The notes beneath the pieces were generated by a model. That model saw only the letters and a program-made list of their open reading frames with translations, made no database searches and was not told where the DNA came from. Made by a program: the position numbers and the translations under genes. A stretch of DNA of 53,973 nucleotides from Bdellovibrionota bacterium (GTDB taxonomy: Bacteria; Bdellovibrionota_C; UBA2361; OMII01): assembly GCA_044344945.1 (NCBI GenBank), contig JBIJBZ010000003.1:1-53973 (forward strand), given 5' to 3'. Shown here one piece after another: positions 48,722-53,973 of the stretch. Position 1 is the stretch's first letter, and every line of letters begins with the position of its first letter.

Positions 48722-49033
48722 ATGAGCCAGACCTTGACGACTACCTCTGCACCCGTCTCCGAGTCCCTTAGCCGTCTCCGTGTTGCTCACATGACGAGTA
48801 AAGAAACCCGCCGCATCGTAGACGAGTTTGACGATCGCTGCGAATCGTTCCCCCTGTTCTGCGAAGGGGAGTCCAAGATTGTGCGGGAGATCACGCAGGA
48901 ATTAGTGATTGTAAGGCTGAAACCGACCCTGTTCTCTTATAAAGCGAACCGGGCTGGGGTTGTGGCCGGTACGGATTCCCTACGACTTCAGATAAGCAGA
49001 ATCCTTTGGAACTGCCTGGCCGAAGCCGGTGTA
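48722..49033 (+). pseudogene. 5' fragment of a SAICAR synthetase (PurC)-like gene, truncated at an IS remnant
   Basis: EGESKIVRE...RLKPT...GTDSLRLQISRILWNCLAEAGV resembles the PurC N-terminus; the reading then runs into the antisense strand of the IS orfA. Confidence 0.55.
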
Positions 49034-49402
49034 TACATCCCCATCAAAGGTGTCGATTCCAGCTGTCGAGAAAATACAAGACTTCGAATGCGTTCATCCG
49101 CTAATGCCTTCTTTAGCTCATTGATTTCGTCTCGTTCGCTCTTCATCATTACCCTCACTATCTTTGTCTCGTATCTCCTTGACCCGTATTTCCTGAGCCA
49201 ACTCGGAATGGTACCCCCATAAGGGATACCATAAGTTCGGGCAGCTTCTCGACTATTGAGCTCTCCACGCTCAATCTCCTCCACTACTTTCCGCTTAAAG
49301 GCTCCACTATATTGGGTTCTTTGCTCCCTATGCTTCATCTTCATCGCTTACACCCTCCTTAAAAAGGAATCCGTTGTGGTGTAAAGCTATTTCAGGGATG
49401 TA
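49034..49402 (-). mobile_element. IS3-family remnant: orfA (HTH) only, with imperfect terminal inverted repeats
   Basis: ORF from 49344 (AAGGAGG RBS) reads YSGAFKRKVVEEIERG...WLRKYG...ELKKALAD; ends TACATCCC (49034) and GGGATGTA (49395-49402); no DDE orfB. Confidence 0.65.
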
Positions 49403-49487
49403 CCCCTACACAAATACCCTTTCCCTCCCGGTCTCTTTTGGTTGAGACTGCCAGGTGTAGGCTGCCTTTGAATCAGCAGAGAGGGGT

Positions 49488-50486
49488 ATGAAGCTATCAT
49501 CACGCCAGGTCTTATCTCGCGAGGTGTCCGACTGGTACCACCGGGGGATAATTACGACGGAGCTGCACGATACGTTGCAAACGCGCTACGACAAGCGCGG
49601 ATCGATGCTTGCGTCACTACTTAAGTGGCTGGGGATCTTCGCAGCAACGATGCTCGGGTTTAGCATTCTTGGTGCGATTGGAGCGGCAACAAGCTCACCG
49701 CTTATCGGCGCAATTGAGGTTGCAATGGTTGGGGTGGTATTGGGCTACAATGGCCGAAGGCTCGCTCTTGATCCGTACAATCGGCACCCGGTGGTAGCCT
49801 CAAACCTGCTCACCACCGCCCTGTGTTGCTTTTATGGCACCCTCATCCTGTTTTCGTTCGCCTTCGCTCCTGAAGGAGTGACCGCTGACGATTCCAATTC
49901 GGTTTTTATCACAGCTCTGTTCCTTACGGCTGCGGCGGCCATTGCAGTTGCCTATCGGTACAGGTTGGCATGGCCGTTACTCCTCGGCCTCTTGCTCCTG
50001 TTTCATGCCGTGGGCTCCTGGCACAAATACATCGGTCACGGCACGTACACCTTTGCTATCCAAGATCCGCGCGCAATGGCGGTAATCGCCACCCTTGTCG
50101 CCCTGCTCGGATTTGTGCATGAGCACGACCTTGAGCGTACCACGTTTAAGCACCACGTCGGATTCGGGCATCACTACATCGTGCTTGGCTTGTTGTACCT
50201 CAATATGTCGCTCTGGATCCTCTCTTTGTATCCAGGAACGGTCGGGTGGGTTGCGATCTTTGGCATCGCATCGGTCGCGCAGATCGTGCTCGGCGCACGC
50301 CTGAAAGACGGCCGTGCCACTGGGTTCGGAGTCGTATTTCTTTCAATCAACATGTACACCCGGTTCTTTGAGACCTTTTGGGATAAGCTCTCGGCTGGTT
50401 TGATCTTCCTGGCATCAGGCGTAGCCGCATTTGCATTTGGCTACCTGTTTGAGAAGCAGCTTCGAACATCGAGCAAGGAGGCGTGA
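49488..50486 (+). CDS. Polytopic membrane protein, DUF2157-like
   Basis: N-terminal W..RGIIT...L..RY motif followed by about 10 TM segments. Confidence 0.75.
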   Translation: MKLSSRQVLSREVSDWYHRGIITTELHDTLQTRYDKRGSMLASLLKWLGIFAATMLGFSILGAIGAATSSPLIGAIEVAMVGVVLGYNGRRLALDPYNRHPVVASNLLTTALCCFYGTLILFSFAFAPEGVTADDSNSVFITALFLTAAAAIAVAYRYRLAWPLLLGLLLLFHAVGSWHKYIGHGTYTFAIQDPRAMAVIATLVALLGFVHEHDLERTTFKHHVGFGHHYIVLGLLYLNMSLWILSLYPGTVGWVAIFGIASVAQIVLGARLKDGRATGFGVVFLSINMYTRFFETFWDKLSAGLIFLASGVAAFAFGYLFEKQLRTSSKEA

Positions 50487-51553
50487 GTACGATGAATCAG
50501 CTAAAGAAGAATAAGTTGATCCGAACTCAATGTGATCTCCTTCTGCGTCAGGGGGTGCTTAACGACCAACAGTATGACGCGATCATCGATATCTACCCTG
50601 TGACCTCGTGGGACTGGCGCTCATTAGGACGATGGTTTCTATTTTTCGGCGCAATCAGTGCTGTGGCCGGCGCTTCTATCCTCTTGTATCAGCACTTTGA
50701 GTTTACGCTCGCCCGACTGGCGTTGCTTCTCGCCGTTGTGCTTTTCGCGCTGGCAGGAGGCTCCGCTGTGGCCCGTCGCAGGGGAATGAACTTGACGGCA
50801 CATGCTCTTGAGTTAGTAGCTGCCTTCGATCTCATCGGCCTGACGTTTACGGTGGGCATGCTCTATTCTGATGGCTCCGGCAACTGGCCGATGCTGCTCT
50901 TGATAGACCTCTGCGTCATTCTGCCGCTCTCGTATCTGCTCCATAATGTGTGGCTGCTGGTGCTTAGTGCTGTTTTATTCTTCACGTGGTTCGGCGGTGT
51001 GACGGGCTACGTGTCGGGGTGGGGAATGTACTACTTCGGTATGAATTACCCGCTACGTTTCTTGGCAGTATCGGTAGCAATTATCGCGAGTGCCCTGCTT
51101 CACCTACGCAGTGAAGAGGGAATGCTATCCCGCTACCGGGGCTTCTTTAAAGTATGGCTCTCGACAGGTCTCTTTTTCGGCGAGATGTCGCTGTGGTTGC
51201 TTTCACTCTTCGGAAACTTTGGCGAGATCAATAGACCACGCTACGACTCTACCGTTTCGGAAATCTTTCTCTTTAACTCGATGTGGACGATCGCAAACGT
51301 GTTGCTGGTCTACGTTGGATCACGTGATGCGCTGCGCATGATGGTGGGCTACGGAGCGACGTTTCTAATCGTTCAGGGCTACACCGTGTATTTCAGGTAT
51401 GTAGCGATTGAGCTCCCGTGGATAATCTCGTTTGGATTCGCTGGCTTCGTAGCGTTGATGCTTGCGCGCGAGCTTGAAAAGCTACTCTCCGGTCGAAGAA
51501 AGACGAAGCAGTCGACAGCTCAGCGTAACGACCAATGTGCGCCGGAGCGTTAG
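50483..51553 (+). CDS. Polytopic membrane protein, DUF2157-like (paralogue of the upstream gene)
   Basis: QGVLNDQQYDAIIDIYP motif and about 10 TM segments; LWLLSLFG matches LWILSLYP of the upstream protein; 4-bp overlap. Confidence 0.75.
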   Translation: MSTMNQLKKNKLIRTQCDLLLRQGVLNDQQYDAIIDIYPVTSWDWRSLGRWFLFFGAISAVAGASILLYQHFEFTLARLALLLAVVLFALAGGSAVARRRGMNLTAHALELVAAFDLIGLTFTVGMLYSDGSGNWPMLLLIDLCVILPLSYLLHNVWLLVLSAVLFFTWFGGVTGYVSGWGMYYFGMNYPLRFLAVSVAIIASALLHLRSEEGMLSRYRGFFKVWLSTGLFFGEMSLWLLSLFGNFGEINRPRYDSTVSEIFLFNSMWTIANVLLVYVGSRDALRMMVGYGATFLIVQGYTVYFRYVAIELPWIISFGFAGFVALMLARELEKLLSGRRKTKQSTAQRNDQCAPER

Positions 51554-51572
51554 CGCTGATATGGATTCGGAT

Positions 51573-51592
51573 GGATAGTAAGATCAATTCAC
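51573..51592 (-). mobile_element. Putative oriIS end of the IS91/ISCR-like element
   Basis: Minus strand reads GTGAATTGATCTTACTATCC, resembling the ISCR/IS91 oriIS consensus (TTGAAnTTCCTATnC), about 210-230 bp downstream of the transposase stop. Confidence 0.55.
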
Positions 51593-51800
51593 TTTTTGCA
51601 AGTAGTTGAATCGTGGTAGTCGGCTGCATCCTGAGGTCCAAATAACCCTCAGCGAGGTGTTAGGTAAGGGTCGAAATGCGTGGTCTGCCGGGTCGGGCTG
51701 GGGTTTCAACGGTCGCGGTCAAGCCAAAGCTGCGCCGCTAAGTTGCGAAAAATAGCATTACAGATACACCTCTCCCGCCCCGTCACGAAGAAATCGGATT

Positions 51801-53099
51801 TTAGAGTTCATCGGGACCCGACTCGAAGGAGTCGTAGGAGGGGAGTTCATCGATAGCCTCTACGGTGTCGATGAAATTTGGGATGAGAGGTGGAGCCTGA
51901 AAATCCGGGATCCCTTGAGCCTTCATGATATCCTTGATTGAGTGCTCGTCTTGAATGAAGGCGATGATGCGCATCTGTGCTTTGCACTTGGGGCACTCTA
52001 AGGGGTCTATCTCGTAGATTCTCTTTATGCACGCGGCCCAACTACTCCTACGGAACTCTCTATGATAGTGACTCTAAGTTTCTTCAGGTGGAGGAGGGGA
52101 GAGCTTGGCGCGTTCACCCCGTCTCCTGCAGGAGTAGCGTCCGTAGTATCGTGTGATGCTCTCATAGGTCTTCGGTACATGACACGAGAGCGCCGCCAAA
52201 AACCCCAGAGCGTCAAATTCGTGGGCAGAGCCGTCTGTAGTGGTATAGGTAACGATGTCGTCCTGTATTTAGAGTTTTTCCAAGGATAGGGGAGCGCGCT
52301 CGATGTAGCGTGCGACGAACTGCTCGCTCTCTTTATCGTGGAAGGGGTCACCCATCCAGACGCCAAAGCCGGTGTGCTCTTGAGAGAGAATCTGGGCTAC
52401 GTCATCGTCAGTGATAAGCTCTTGTTTGTGAAGCTGCGCGAGGACCCGTTCAGCGAAGGCATCCTCGATTGCTTTGAGTTCTAACTCCCCAAACCTGGTG
52501 AAGACGCCGTCCTTCCAGTATCCGTCAGCGAGGAGTCCGTGCAAGTGTGGATGATAGTTTAGCGCCTCGCCGGCAGTTTGCACGGTGAAGATAGCGGCGA
52601 GTTCGTGGTCGTCAATTCCGAGCACCTCAGAGAGTGCTCCCCAAGCGGCACGAAAGAGGATGGTGTTGAGCTTGCGGTCGTACCGAAAGAACACCCGTAG
52701 GCGTTTTGGGATGGTGAAGACGGTATGGCGATGAGGGATCTCTTCGATAACTTCGCTGTAAATGTGCTCGGCGAATTTTACCGCTCTCTTCGCCCCGCAG
52801 GAGGGGCACACCCCTCGGCGTTTGCAGGAGAAGGCGAAGAGGAGCGAGTGCTTGCAGCCATCACAGTATACCCTTGCGGCACCATGAGCGAGGATACCGC
52901 AGTTTAGGTACTCGTCGAAGGTCTTCAATACCTCATCCCGCAAGCACCCGTACTGGTGCTGGAACCGAGCCTCCCACTGGAAGTGTAGGTCATCCCGAGA
53001 GTGGTAGACGATTTGGTAAAGGGGAGAGGCTTCCGGAGTCCGTCTCCGGTAGTGGTGCAGCTTCTCCTTCGCCTTCTCCCACGTGTAGCGCCTGAGCAT
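51801..53099 (-). pseudogene. IS91/ISCR-family rolling-circle (HUH) transposase, pseudogene with two in-frame stops
   Basis: Zn-binding C..C...SCKRRGVCPSC, VFTIP, HPHLH, ARYIER. The frame continues past TAA 52271-52269 (IQDDIVTY...RYYGRYS) and TAG 52076-52074 (WAACIKRIYEIDPLECPKC) to TAA 51803-51801. Confidence 0.9.
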
Positions 53100-53201
53100 A
53101 CAGGCTGGTTCGGGGAGGGGAGGCTGTGCGTTGTGTCGGATTTGGGCAGGAGTGCCGAGAGGAGTTCAGGTGAGGCTTCAGGTAGAGTCGTGAGCCTGCG
53201 G

Positions 53202-53973
53202 TCACGAGGACTGTATGGCTCCCTCGAACCCCAATCGCTCAGCAAGCTCCCGCGGCGTGAGCCCCTTAATCAAAACCGAGGCTACTGTTTGATACTTTGA
53301 GGGAATGAACTCCACGTTCTCGTTGGGCACTCGCAACCACTCCGCCATCGCGTGCGCGACCTCGCGTCCCTTGTCTGCGGAAGCTGTAGGAGACATCGTT
53401 ACCACTATATTGATGGAATCGTAGAACCGTCCCCCAGAGTAGCGGTCACGGCTGGCGGACACCGTTGTCCGGTCACCGGAACCCTCAAGGGTGCGCACCT
53501 CCAGAAGAAGCCCCTCCCGATGGCGACGGACCATCACCGCAATGCCGGAATCGCTCCCGCCGTATCCATCGTCCCAATCCCACAGCAGTATCCGCTCGGC
53601 TCGACTAAGAGCGCTCGCTACCGTGGGGGTGCATGAGCACTCTCTCTCGCCAGGCGCGCGGGAGAGCGCGATCGCCTGATCGAACGAGCGCGCGAGAGGA
53701 TCCAAAAAAGCGCGGGGAGGAGCTGCAGCGACTTTGCGGGAGTCGAGTAGGGCATCCGCCGAGCGAAGGTCGTTTAAAAAACGCGAATACACGCCGTGCC
53801 GCTCATCCGACTCGCCCAAGAGCTCGAGCTCTACCCGCGATACTCCCTTCGCCACTAAGTGCTCTATCGCGGCGCTTAGTTCGTGCGCCGAAGCCGCGTT
53901 GAACGGTTCATATTCTGGTGCTGGAAGAACGGTTCGCGCCACAGTAGAAAGCGCCCGAAAGTCAGGGTTCGAT
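53202..53973 (-). CDS. Hypothetical protein, probably 5'-partial
   Basis: At least 246 aa; the frame stays open to the window edge; no family recognised. Confidence 0.5.
   Translation of the reverse strand, partial: SNPDFRALSTVARTVLPAPEYEPFNAASAHELSAAIEHLVAKGVSRVELELLGESDERHGVYSRFLNDLRSADALLDSRKVAAAPPRAFLDPLARSFDQAIALSRAPGERECSCTPTVASALSRAERILLWDWDDGYGGSDSGIAVMVRRHREGLLLEVRTLEGSGDRTTVSASRDRYSGGRFYDSINIVVTMSPTASADKGREVAHAMAEWLRVPNENVEFIPSKYQTVASVLIKGLTPRELAERLGFEGAIQSS

Noticed and set aside
49034-49222. C-terminal hydrophobic part of track ORF 48581..49222
   Set aside because: It is the antisense reading of the IS orfA, not a real TM domain.
51640-51670. Integron attC site (GTTAGGT core)
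   Set aside because: No matching RYYYAAC inverse core or paired stem, and no integron integrase.
51801-52271. Stop-codon reassignment or read-through explaining the in-frame TAA/TAG
   Set aside because: TAA and TAG terminate many normal genes in the window, so nonsense mutation is simpler.

Overview
A bacterial chromosomal window; the taxon cannot be determined from the sequence alone. Left arm (1-24 kb): a RegB/RegA-type two-component system, a secreted protein carrying an apparently inactivated tyrosine-recombinase-like domain, a P1B-5-type metal ATPase and a decayed four-helix-bundle gene bracketed by inverted hexamer arrays. These are followed by a secreted FG-GAP-like protein, an acyl-CoA dehydrogenase, ogt, and a co-oriented run of sbcD-sbcC-HIT-crotonase-acyl-CoA dehydrogenase-B12 acyl-CoA mutase (isobutyryl-CoA type residues)-greB. 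Centre (24.9-44.0 kb): a ~19 kb aryl-polyene-like type II PKS/FAS cluster whose middle block is inverted. That block carries an extra ACP, a stand-alone HHxxxD condensation/acyltransferase, an FAD oxidoreductase, an AMP ligase and a halogenase-like flavoprotein; a second halogenase-like gene closes the cluster. Right arm: lipoproteins, an ECF sigma factor, panD and a CheY-like regulator. The window ends in a mobile-element-scarred segment: a truncated PurC-like gene, an IS3-type orfA remnant, two DUF2157-like membrane proteins and an IS91/ISCR-type transposase pseudogene with a recognisable oriIS. I found no tRNA, rRNA or CRISPR array. All family assignments come from motif recognition by eye, not database searches.
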